Part shown: positions 48,001-55,723 of the stretch, one piece after another | Position numbering within the stretch: position 1 is the stretch's first letter | Layout of the letters: each line of letters starts with the position of its first letter | Origin: Monocercomonoides exilis PA203 | Taxonomy: Eukaryota; Protista; Preaxostyla | Direction: 5' to 3' | Assembly: GCA_001643675.2 (NCBI GenBank) | Contig: LSRY02000063.1 | Location: 248,001 to 312,000, forward strand | DNA length: 64,000 bases | Notes under the pieces: generated by a model | The model's database searches: none | What the model was told of the DNA's origin: nothing | What the model saw: the letters and a program-made list of their open reading frames with translations, nothing else | Translations under genes and position numbers: made by a program

Positions 48001-48652
48001 CATGAACAATGCATCCATAAAATGAATCATGCACCCTGTGAAACATTGATGATGTTAACGATGATTTCAATACAAAAGATTCCAAATTATTTGTATTTTC
48101 TTTAGTTTCCTCGTTCATCTTTGTTGTAATGTTTGAAAAATTGCAATTTTTCACGCTTTCTAAATATCCAAAGCCTTTGCAAAGGAATGAACCGGTCCAC
48201 TCTGTCGAAATTGAGCAATGTGAAAGTTGAGTATTTTCCAGAATTATTTTTGCTAGTTCCTCGTTTTTGCATTCAACCAATGAACCAAAACAATTTTCGC
48301 AAGGTGAAGAATTTAATGTTAGGTTTGAAATGGTAATTGAGCCTGAAGATGTGAAGTGAGACGGATTTTTGAAATAATCAGATATCCTTGCATTGGTAAA
48401 TAATAGAGAAGAAAATCCATCCAGAATGGCAATGCTTCCGAGATGTGAAGTTTTAAATTCAAGGTTATCAGCTATTAATGATGAATTCTTCAAAGAAAAA
48501 TGGGAATATGCATCAGAAACATTTTCTGCTCGCATAAGTTTAATTTTTGCCATTTCACTGATTTTTTCTTTTAAAATTTCAGCATGTTCCCTGGCGGTCG
48601 AGTAAGAATTATTGCCAAGTACCAAATAACAAAAAATCAAGCTCAGAAACAT
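36083..48652 (-). CDS. Giant single-exon type-I surface protein (4189 aa), same ectodomain family, non-kinase acidic/Lys-rich cytoplasmic tail
   Basis: Signal peptide, eight CG-x4/5-C modules and GG...FxxNxAxxGxD/N repeats. It has the shared membrane-proximal block NNNPSISGYPSVRHN...SLKGGDG...SLWILNEGC...FIP and a TM IWMILFIVIAVVAVVGVLVVVVVVLTL followed by RKRK. The tail lacks kinase motifs. Confidence 0.9.
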   Translation of the reverse strand: MFLSLIFCYLVLGNNSYSTAREHAEILKEKISEMAKIKLMRAENVSDAYSHFSLKNSSLIADNLEFKTSHLGSIAILDGFSSLLFTNARISDYFKNPSHFTSSGSITISNLTLNSSPCENCFGSLVECKNEELAKIILENTQLSHCSISTEWTGSFLCKGFGYLESVKNCNFSNITTKMNEETKENTNNLESFVLKSSLTSSMFHRVHDSFYGCIVHGLSCILPSMEYSCFDCEFIGCTHSQQKSRSYHRSTALSNYTGTNANVASTIFTDCNGYCGGGIYFDGDTFLRNNYNLTVKYCVFENCSADWGGGIYVEKCFYATISNTAFYYCSAKEKGADIYVYKLDSNSDVSEVSCPNSYTTHEDNTCYITNSYYANLKLMDMNQVVRSGGTFAVNCGFSYETACYSVNGAIHNRRPRYPKNIFMYEGQYYETEPWSITESSQMGNVVVWGCGYGGVFNLNNYNGSMVNIEGRVSADLKCFAVNINRNNIPCIRGYGGSFILTLVEVKYSMGGGYESSINSIFEFSTGSVSFVRVIMESIRISAHYIFKLDQSVTGLALNNSNFTNIVSTQNCSAIFISNSLYPKTLSISGCQFTLAAKKSVANTLGGVFFSTSDNCNVNISSTNFTSCSVNEASGKGGAIYYSTTGALSHLKISRCQFLSNKARYGRDVFIFVPKLPEANLNALYTPAISSEPTYNRTNAWYGSDNATFKGDFDLMPFIFGYTSTTVHASNASRGDGIFCGSTFAHCKSINQAVQRLSSGSSRTIYVGNSIEVTQFGVNITNVILRRNDSSSSAAVISKGNVQSNSKSIFVSNNNFKSIKISYSFDATLASKAVTCLLNVTNGSQSFENCTFQCDLSITFPISLVDITNGMLSFTNSSFNSLGVLKCSRSLFVLDAGNISISRSSFCNLTFASTSTGVFSQSGINSLNQNVNISSSNFTSVCSDKRTSSCFALLSETSSGSFDAYNCRFQNSSCPNSVDGGAISFAVGAGKSYRMTLCTVQSNTASSSVGKGGGALLVLKENTNNFVFDRCTFEDNGARYGRDIYIKALNLKASVSFEKFGDMLTPTTDVNNKLFGCNIENEDVHLDLIPLMITHLSNVFVKNSEADKGIDWFQCGNSSNPCLTLEYGINEILDRNNETITISIEKQAVISQTIDLSNLTISSTTDGTNSSLMFQLPNNVMETVITNSDGLKFNEMRILLPLAQNLQSSLFTASSDLLFRKTFFEQNESDVQISYCIVNIIKGAVSFERCVIGSEELFSKKSLFQLSASTTISMNECQVKNIISKCPIFPKIPERSTIKLNSSEFLRCEASSEEASSALISSTLAGSVLMIGCNFSDIRSSNDQNGGAVNIALNEGGMLTVERCIAQNCICNEVSGRGGFLFLSKRQSSGDFDFLEASRYFDNKAFVGRNLFFEFDSLNSSVSAAKIRLEEDGTECFGSNAYVGCDSVFESIDLIMFLVQYSSETLHISEYGYDVLNCGFEEFPCHTLLMGLENIPEDSTEKKIITHSRVDVGSHFDLCNISFVAFGSETPQLNINSSLSSGNEFSTFTADWLCSFASIDFLLPTRFTTNIQSVILISSSEAITRLTDCSFKKASDDSGPLLFSLVISSDGRLEMTSCTLKDISFSNNPFSLSQINLHTFNRCNFSSIVFRACSLIDSPTAAFQSYQHNSASSGIHFLNCSFEKLSADSGTTISTLMNFPLSSSFELVGCSVNGLLSHMCTEGGGMKVSLNEGSSLKVAGNSAESPSAIESSSCSTTFGKGGFCYLSAQGNNTDFAFADTTFADNAAYQGMNLFLRCDVLLAAVKLEKFAFSFEDWLDEGNAFVGMDSLNFTYEPINLLIFLVHYESDTIFVSSLHGFDVNSCGTSQLPCSSMLQGIEHFTDTQTKTMFVVEAMKITSALELSGYTIQGEENAGYSTVTFESPLLSPSSQVSNESVLQSSSNLALHALSIAVPCEFSSGQTQLIQSTGPSSSLTIDSCAFERASDSSEQIAVKLVVVRGGKATFNEITIKNQAFSKSLFELDPAVDSFFDYFSLSNVAFTSSVSLISFIRSPIEQSESTESRANEKMQCVLQNITAINVSTSGESALSVFIRDPVAFPLSIKDCSVNTIQSLESNEGGFFRVHLEENGSFAVSILEMVRCECSVEVGKGGGLFIECSEGSNENFQLDEIYCASNAAHVARDVYLSCSSLSAYVNESSFGWGSLFADKSNSLMGSDATTPEGEFTDLFIFFQGFEDFTIFISDAGSNGVYCGQSSNPCLTLDYSVRHLKFAEDVTVRMLFVQNKAVITGNFPLNSVILRPTSEDRESTVVFPSEVELKNPESVMKVQNQVNLSHLNFDIPLLFSYATPNSFINSAELEGSLNVSSCNFNFFNSVANPISSSSSSSSSSKSESSFNSKTDNDRTVSNKMILFSVIRGGLIIESVTISPLQTCVSLFSLSQAVPAALSNFSLTTINLTSSSPSFSLISYASGVFASTSRRNDDSFYQKYSNCTFSSVTRLDDSASTSQSSYHQSSLLINVMTAVPFTFENCTFTSFEAPTCASGGCLGVTLLEGGSIRIKPAEEYQTNAMNCRCDEKSGKGGFLYLDTSRQNENFILQSVFFRENKAKEGKNVFVNGFDLNASITYASFNFAYDDPYADEADSTLFMGKDTKNFATAISLLMFLEEWKGAHLYLSSETGKDIRGCGMKKLPCSTLAVGMEHFSEADARVSSELLKQKRNFEGKENSEPSRSVLATGKFNCSSILNLTDTLFCETAFDPRSTRAPTKALFNYSSLLTHPETPDEPSNEEADGSNAAVINEGKLSVYAIEFVLPSAFENGLNTFVSSSNGELSLKYCTFSAIANGEECNYLVISAFSGSVEINRCETFFTKFTQSIFKVSSDVQKIVLSSLQLDEVTLTNGCVIEWATADPASKTRNTGRNRDYLKNQHELNGFVPVNVENCTFQKVVRGSTDGSAALSMGDFSLADMKITNSSFSECSSPSLKGGVFRLLLAEQDQQSNTIDDGESNTINSGKLIVSQCTFTLCSCDAANGYGGALFIDCVMNKSKEPELYTLPELPLFFSELRFTHNSAQYGRDIFIVCYSVEKQISENLFSMDFSSHSFVRDKAIFGEDISKKIAGEENFLIDLYEIIVFFKGSQIYLSSTLGTDMRVCGSDVEPCKSLSLGVQHLNNSRFQYLFVYEKTEIGGEVYLDGVSLQPAENSSSAELVLDQPAVQIGSNENLINTRNTVGLDRLNVRIETDVINHYTIISQNNGTLSISSCSFSGIKDNKLDANLLQVEEGTLQVQETSFENLSLFQHVLSADPTASSITFLKSNFSSIGTENSFIYVTGIKSLRCEEVLFTNVLVGNNSLVSSDSVEVVQMKNITLSKCNGTSSLFAVSNTVFSMENVVAKSIEARTIFHFHNVLGSITLDRLNIKEVALEEGGSILRAASSFAQVSKSYMNEEESQNITLSYSNISKVAYKQSSVGCILDLNGSSNLAVSMTGCSITNCSVPSEGRICRLENVKKAQFEFCSFAGNAAAEQTKTNTKLNERNEIEEQICFWDGCAVEFSNSKVSLKDSSFTNFGAGGVKIMQCDVHIEMGMFANNNPSISGYPSVRHNVICSDSGTLNIESLKGGDGQEKDTSLWILNEGCTLTGIPAQRASPLFIPSLYSVAVEESAGNTIFTFNGSLFLPCNLTSSLVVNTYSEGNNISETKVTKLNLNLINETTAKATDSTFHKESLEPNQEAIIVLSLKDANGREKQVSSVTIKEKEPASRTETEIKERTVQSSSTISIWMILFIVIAVVAVVGVLVVVVVVLTLRKRKNSFHEISFDDDSSNMSKKQAKQLDQEMELSHGGISGESLVADEECTDYTGYGKRGKRDDSQTLCVEVISPLAESETKSYSSSEQAEKENGGIEGHKVNFDLIDPIGSGMASTANLLENAESVIDVDSFLLVQNEGKRDIEGNANKQQASDEEGLLPSASLNISEKYPGSFRQFNDIQTEQLRFAESIFSSTSSSSASQESQQTPSSSDISSKLDSTVSTFSTPSFNPPPANDDIPTDMLAVADEHEEDSNEGVKAEKKKKKKKKEKKEKKEKKSKSGGKKGKLSDDDTLMQNVQPTEEEDKEEKKEDITKQERLSPEAEEEREVFNEIMNGNFIDELIGGGEEEKLPEEEKVEEEGKKKKKRKKKKKKAADKKEEDEDMQNFIDSLLEG

Positions 48653-48767
48653 TGAAGAAGTTTTGATCTAATTTTTTAATAATAAGTATCTGATCAATTT
48701 ATTTATTCTTGTTCATGGAATCACAAAGTTTGATTTCTTTTTGTTCATTTAAACATCTAGTTGCTTA
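48653..48767. promoter_or_regulatory. Probable bidirectional promoter (115 bp between divergent ATGs)
   Basis: Inferred from the starts at 48652 (-) and 48768 (+). Confidence 0.5.
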
Positions 48768-50536
48768 ATGATTTGTAATATTACAGCGCAAAAGAATGGA
48801 GCTTCTGCTCCCTCGACTTCTCTCCCACCTTCGACATTAATTCTTCGAATTCTCTCATTGCTAATGGCAATACTATTTGCTGGAATGGTTATTCTTCAAA
48901 TTGTATATTTGTGTTTATATGGAAGCGTGGTGAGCGTATCGATTGCAGTGATGATTTGTGCACTGATTGGAGTTGTTGTCAATTTGATTGGGTTTTTTAG
49001 CTCTATACGAAAACAATCAATAAATCCTCAGCACTCATTTATATTTTCATTTTATCTTGCTGGAGTTTTGGCTTTGTGCATAATATTTGCACTGCTTGGG
49101 GTAATTGCTTTTTGCATGAAATCTCCTCTAAGAAACTCTGTTATTTATGATGATCTTACACTTATAATCATTTATCAACATATATCTGCTTCCTTCTTCA
49201 GAGATACTGCAACATTTTTAAAGAATGCAGGAGATTCAATGACTGTCACTGCTTTTTATAGCTTTGGATTGGCTGCATTTCTTTTGATATGTGTAATTGT
49301 ATCTTATTGCAGTCTCGGAAAAGCGTTTTTTTGGAAAGTTCGCTTTTTTTCAATATTTTCTTTTTAAAAAAGCTTAAATTTATTTATTTATTTATTATTT
49401 TATAACATATTTAAGACAATATATCTCGTATTTTCATTCACACTATTAATGGTTGGTGTTGTTTTCATCGTCGTTGGTTCTCTCTATTTTCGCGAGCCGT
49501 TGACAAAGGAGATTGGTGAGGTACTTCCCAATGGCATATTTGGTGTTGTTATTGCCTTGGGTGTTTTGAGCATCATCGTCGGAGTCGCTGGCTCAATTCT
49601 CGATCTTGCAAAGGCCATGAAGAAGAGAGACAAAGACGTTCTGGCAGAAAGGCAGTATCAATACGCTGTGTCACAACAGCAGCAGCAGCAGATGGCGATG
49701 TCTATGATGGCCCAGCCAGCTCCGTTGGGAGCAGTGCCTGGTGCTGCTCCTGCCATGGCGATTCCGCAGCAGACCATTCAGCCGGCTCAGCAAATGCCTG
49801 TTTCTGTACCTCCGTTTCAGAAGCGCGAGAACAGGAGGAGGATGCTGGGGTTCGTGTTTGGGCTTTTTGTGGCTGTGCTTCTGCTGGGCTGTCTGGTGGT
49901 GACATTCGTGTCGCTGTTTTCGACGAATGTGTATCACAAGAAATTCAAACAGTTCTGCACTGACCCTGACTCCCCTCTGCCGCCTGCTGATAAGCCTGCT
50001 GCATTTGCTTCCGTTTCTTCTTCTTCTTCTTCTTCTTCTTCTCTTTTCTTGACAAGCAGCCAGATAGCTGGCGATGCCGCCAAAGAGTCTCTCTCTCATT
50101 TCAACTTCTCTTCGCTGAGTGTAACCAGCCAGTCGCCATATGCATTCAGCCAGAGGGAGCATGTTGTATCAGCAGCAGTAGCAGCGCCAAAAGAAGGCGA
50201 AGAAGAAGAAGAAAGGAACATCACTAATTACGACCGCTGTCTTGCCATGTTCTTCTGGCTGCTGATGCATGAGTGCAAGCAGATCTACACGGGCAATGAA
50301 TTGTCGATGTGCATCGACTCAAGAAGCTTGACGAGTGTTGTGAAAAGGCTGAGCGATTCGTATGACGGGTGGATGCTGATGAGTGGGATCACGTCGGCTT
50401 TTGGCGCTGTCTGCTTGATTTTCCTGCTGATTTTGACAATTATGGTTATCTTTAAAGTGTGTTGATTATTATTTTTTGTTTGTTTGTTTGTTAACTTTAT
50501 CATATTTTTTTCTCTATATTTCTCTTTCTCTATCTA

Positions 50537-50577
<41 letters not shown>

Positions 50578-50995
50578 GTCTCTGTCTCTATCTCTATCTT
50601 TCCTTCTCCAATCTTTTATTATCGTCCTCAAGCCCGATCTGTTTCTCCAATCTGCTTTGCCGCCCGTTCCAGTTGCCCAGCAACAGATGCCTATGACCAG
50701 CCAGCCCGTCAAAGCAGATCCGATGGCTGCATCGCAATATGCTCAGCCTCAGCCACAGATGCAGCCACAAATGCAGCCCATTCAGCCTCTGCCTTCTCCT
50801 GTTGTCTCTCAGGCACCTGCCCCACTCAATGTCAGCTCCTCTGCTGCTGCTGCTCCTTCGTACAATCCGAATGCTCCGCTCAGCTCGCAGTCAGAAATGA
50901 TTGCGGCTGCTCCTCCTTCGTCTGCTTCTGCAGGCACCGCTGGGGCTGCAATTCCGTTGCAGTCGATGGATCCCTTCCAATTGAATACCATGTAA
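48768..50995 (+). CDS. Multi-pass membrane protein (about 657 aa, about 8 TM, two tandem 3+1 tetraspanin-like units), Gln/Pro-rich loop and tail
   Basis: join(48768..49337,49416..50456,50633..50995). Phase-0 GT-AG introns join three track ORFs. Eight hydrophobic segments by eye. Confidence 0.75.
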
Positions 50996-52213
50996 TTTGT
51001 ATAAAGTAAAGTTAAATGTTTTTTTGTGTTTATTGCGTTGTTTGATAGGAATTTTCTTTGGTTTTTTTAAAAATTTCTTTTTTTTCCAAGTTTGTTCTAC
51101 TTCTTTTTTTTCAATTCAATTTTCTCTTTCATATTGTTGTTTGATTTTATTTTATTTTATTTGTAAACGTGTTTAGTTCATTTTTGTAGTTTCATTAAAA
51201 TTCTTTGACAATCGTTTCGTCTTCTGTTGCTCTTCGTTTTGATGTTTATTTGAGAAATCCCTTTGACATGTGCCGTTTTTCTCTTATTCTTTCATATTTT
51301 GTCTGTAATGTCTATTGAGGGATGGGTCACTGGTGGTGTACTTGACAAATTGAAGATGCCGATTGTTTGGAAGAATAGAGAGATGTTTGAGGAATTTGAT
51401 TTTAATTTATTTTTTATATTCATTTTTTTTTTCATTATTCTGCGTTATTCAATAATGACATGTTGTTAAGCTCCCTGTTTTTATTTCGAATTTAGCAACA
51501 TTTTGATTCAACTTGTTTAGAAGAGACTTTGTTATCAGTTTTTTTGAATTGTGCGTTGTTAACCGATGTTCAAATAATGTTCATTTCCTTTTTAAAGAGT
51601 TGAAAAATCTGTAAATTTTTATATATTCATCTTTCTTTTTCTAATTTTCACAAAGGATCGAAAAAATGGAAAAGAATAATTGATCGAAATGCTCTAATGA
51701 AATGAACTTTTGTCGAATTAAGAATTGAAGAATTTTTCTTATCGATATTTATTTTTTTTTTTTTTTATTTTTTTTTCTGGTTCATTCAATGCTTTCATAA
51801 AAAAAAAAAGAATTCTTTTGATTTTGAAAGAAAAACTCACATGAAAACAATAACCTTAAAGAACAAAACTTAAAAGGTCAATATTATAAATTCAAAAGTT
51901 TAATAGATTTTTCAAAACAAAAAACATTTGCTTTTATTCTGTCATTATTATGTCTGATTCATGTGTTTCTTCACCTTTCGGTGTTGTTAAAAAAACAGAA
52001 ACAAATATCAGACATATTCATTATATTAATGTTTATTCATTTTTTTCAGAAAACGAAACCATGAAAAAATTGTTCCATATTAACAATCACAAAAATATCC
52101 CTCAATAAAATATTTATATATTTGATCATTTTAAGATTTATTTATTGCTTGAAATGCATGCTTCGCAAATATTTTCTGGGTCAGACTTAGGCATTGATTT
52201 TTCTCTTGTAACA

Positions 52214-52660
52214 ATGACACAAGAACAACTGAAAAAAGCTTTAGCAAAATCAAAAAAAGTCTTGAGTGAACATCGTCGACTTTTGGAAGAATCCAAATCC
52301 GAAAAGCTTTCGGAAGCATCTTATTTCGTGAAAAATGCAAATTTCCGCTTTTGGTTATTGCAAAAATTGCATAAAAGTTTGGATGAAATGAAGCACAGTC
52401 AGCAAAGAAAGTATTTTAAAAAATTTGCTTATAAGTGGAATAAAGGTTTGCTTTCAGACGACGTATATTTGTGCACTCAACAGTTAAATCAACATGGAGG
52501 TGAAGAAGCTCCAACTAGATTGACAAAACACAAATGGAATTTCAAAGATGTTGATAAAGAACAACTTGAAGATGTGATTTTCCAAGTGAAGCAACAATCA
52601 AATTCTACAGATTCAGAATCTTTGTTACTTGGATCTGCTATGAAGGTTACAGCTCATTGA
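52214..52660 (+). CDS. Small conserved eukaryotic protein, style cell-cycle inhibitor 1 (SCI1)-like
   Basis: LSEASYFVKNANFRFWL...YFKKFAYKWNKGLL...Y...TKHKWNFK matches the remembered SCI1 pattern (DYFxKNxEFxxWL...FxxFVxxWNxGxL...YY...HxW). The start may instead be a slightly upstream ATG. Confidence 0.7.
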   Translation: MTQEQLKKALAKSKKVLSEHRRLLEESKSEKLSEASYFVKNANFRFWLLQKLHKSLDEMKHSQQRKYFKKFAYKWNKGLLSDDVYLCTQQLNQHGGEEAPTRLTKHKWNFKDVDKEQLEDVIFQVKQQSNSTDSESLLLGSAMKVTAH

Positions 52661-53610
52661 ACGGAAACGTCTCAATATTTCAGTTTTGTGGACGAATCAA
52701 TGATTATTTGATTTTGAAGAATCTGTTATTGAGGTACAATTCGTTGAAATGATTACAAGTATTGATCGCGTTTTTTTCTGTGTCAAACTTTGATTTGGTT
52801 AATGGTTTAACGAAGTATAATATTTTGAAGTGAATCAGATCTTTTGATATTTTAATCATTTCAGAAAGAGAATGTATGTTTCAATTTTACAATCTTTGCA
52901 AAATTATTCATATCTTTCCCTGAGGGACAAACAACGAAAGATTCTTGTTGAACTTATCGCATTTTTTTTAATCCTCATACAATTTTCAAATGACATTGAA
53001 ATAAAAATAATTTATTTTGTTGGGTTTATTATTTTTGTTGAAAAAGACTAATAACAAGTAATTTCTATAGCAAAGAGAGCATTCAAACTTTGGCTAATTT
53101 GTATGCATACAGGAGAAATGTCATTGCATTTTTTAATAAACTGTGGAATTCTCTTTGGGTTTGTTGGAGTATGAACAATGAATGAGATGTTATTCATCTT
53201 GACATCTTCAAAAATGACAAAATAAGATTTGAAGGGAAAGCACGATAATTAAAGAGATGTTTCAGTTAAGATAAAATTTGCAAAGCTTCTGGAAAGTGAA
53301 AACCAAAGAGTTTTTTCACAATGCACTTCTCATTTCATTTTAAATCTACACATTTATATTGAAATATCAGGCATTTTTTTGTAATTTTTGTGAGTGTTTT
53401 GTGATGTGCAGCAAAAATGCCTTGAAAATAGAAACAGAAAGAATTTCTGTGTTTATTCAAAAGCACTTCTGCAAAAAATACAATCAAAACAAAATTTGAA
53501 GAAGGATAACGAGCATTAAATATTCTTTCCCCACACAACACATTCGAATTGAACAAGTACATCCAAATCAGCTGAAAAAAAGTTAAAAAAATGTGTAAAC
53601 AAAAGAAAGA

Positions 53611-53680
53611 GGAAGAAGAAGTGGAAGAAGAAGTGGAAGAAGAAGTGGAAGAAGAAGTGGAAGAAGAAGTGGAAGAAGAA
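53611..53680 (+). repeat. 12-bp tandem repeat (GGAAGAAGAAGT), about 5.8 copies
   Basis: Read directly; lies about 100 bp downstream of the WD40 gene stop, probably 3' UTR. Confidence 0.9.
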
Positions 53681-53785
53681 GAGAGAAACATACAAAATAA
53701 AACAGATTATATAAGTTAATAATCATAATCATAATAATCATAATAATAATAATAATAATAAATTCATTTCAATTTTATCGCTCCC

Positions 53786-55692
53786 TCACATTGAATTGGA
53801 TGAGCTGTCGATGCCTGGCGAGCTGGCTGGGTGTGGCAGAGGCTGCTCTGTGAATGGCGCCGCATCGGAACTGAAGCTCAGATGAGAAGGCGAAAGAGGA
53901 GAGAAACTCACGTGGGATGGCTGTGATGTGGAAGAAGAAGGAGAAGAAGAAGAAGGAGAGGAAGGAGAAGGAGAAGAGGAGGAAGAGGAGGAAGAAATGT
54001 TTGTGGAAGGAATGCCAGCAAGCGATGATGTGGCTGAGGATGAGGAAGAGAAGATTGAAACAGAAGAAGAAGGAGAGGAAGAAGAGGAAGAGGAAGAGGA
54101 AGAAGAAGAAGAAGAAGAAGAAACAGAAGAAGAAGTAACAGCATTTATCTGCTGCTGCTTCTGATGCCCCAGTTTCGTGTCGTGTGCATCGACCGCAGCG
54201 AAAGTGATGGAAGGCGACGAAGAGGGAATGGTCGCAGCAGAAAAAGAGGGCACTTTTGAGAGAGAAAGAGGGGTGTGTGCGAGCTGTGGAGAGAGCGACG
54301 GGAGAGGAGAAGCAGCTGGGCGAGGGGAATAAGCAGCTGCCGGGTGGATGTGCTGCGAAGAAGCGACCTGCCGTGCCTGCTGCGAGCGGGAGACGGAGGT
54401 GAAGGAGGTGAGGAAAGGGTCGGGCCCCTTTGCGGAGTGCTGGATGAACGGGGCAGAGTGGACAAGCACAGAACGCTTGACGTCGGGGTTGGAGGTGCCT
54501 GTGGTGAGCGTCTGGGGAAGGAGCTGCGGGGCAGGTGCGAAGACGAAGGCAGGGGCGAGCTGGGGCTGCGGAAGATGCGACGGATCGGCTGTGAGCTCGC
54601 CGGGGCGGGGCATGCGGAGAGGAGGGGAGAGGAGAGAAGAAGAGGAGGAGGAGGAAGAGGAAGAGGAAGAAGAAGAAGAGACAGAAGGAGGAAGATGGGA
54701 CTGAGAGTAAGAGGACTGGCTGGCGAGGAGCTGCTGTGTGTGGAAGGGGTCTTCGCGTTGGATGCCCTTCTGAGTGAATTCTGCAGCAGGGGCAGAGGAA
54801 AGGCGGTTGCTGCCATTGGCATTGCTATTGCTGTTATTGCTATTGCTGCTGCTGTTGCTGTTCCGCTGGAGGCGCATGAGCATTCGGGATGTCTTTGTGG
54901 AGGAAGAGTCCTTTGAAGAAGAGGAAGAAGAAGAAGAAGAAGAGCTGGTTGAGTCGCGTGTGCGGATGCCGAAGAGATGCTTGGAAACGAGCAAGTTCTG
55001 ATGCGATGCCTTTGAAGAGGATTTTTCTTTCTTCCCTTTCGACTTCACCAGGTCAGCAAAATCAGCAGATGTCATTTTGGCTTTGCCTTCCTCCCTCAGC
55101 GCAGCAGAAGAGGAACGAGAACGCGTCTGAGAGGCAATAAAAGAGGAAGAATTTGAAGAAGAAGAAGAAGAAGAAGACAAAACAGGCGAATAGCTCTGTC
55201 TACTTGAATGCTGCGACTTCGTTCTGGGTGAGCGTTCTCCACTCAGAAGATACATGTCATTCTTGTCAGATGCCCCTCCTCCTCCTCCTCCCACACCCAC
55301 GCCTCCCATGCTGTTCATACCCAGCCCCACTCCCATTCCATTCACTCCTCCTTTCTCTCCAAAGCCAGAAGATGCAGAAGAAGAAGAGGAAGAAGAAGAG
55401 GAAGAAGAAGATGATGATGATGAAGCAGATGCTCCGCCTTCGTTCTCGTTCTCCCCCTCATCGTCAGACACATCCACAAGCCCGTTCACCTCCTTCATCC
55501 TCTTCTCTGCCTCCGCCGCGCTCCGCCTGGCGCATATTTCTGTTGACTCTTTCAGCCTCTGCCTGGCCTCTTCTGTCTGCATCGCTGCCTTCCACGCTTC
55601 CTCTCTGATTCTCCACTCCCACCGCTGCGCCTCGAAACGCTGCACGAACTCGTCTGCCACACTCGACGGATGGGCAAAGTGGACGCAGCGAC

Positions 55693-55723
<31 letters not shown>

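Noticed and set aside
53611-53680. Regular repeats as a CRISPR-like array
   Set aside because: Head-to-tail 12-mers without spacers in a eukaryotic context; other repeats (about 32175, 50535, 56290) are intronic microsatellites.
53335-53691. 118-aa minus-strand ORF
   Set aside because: Built on the 12-bp repeat and AT-rich UTR-like sequence; no coding signature.
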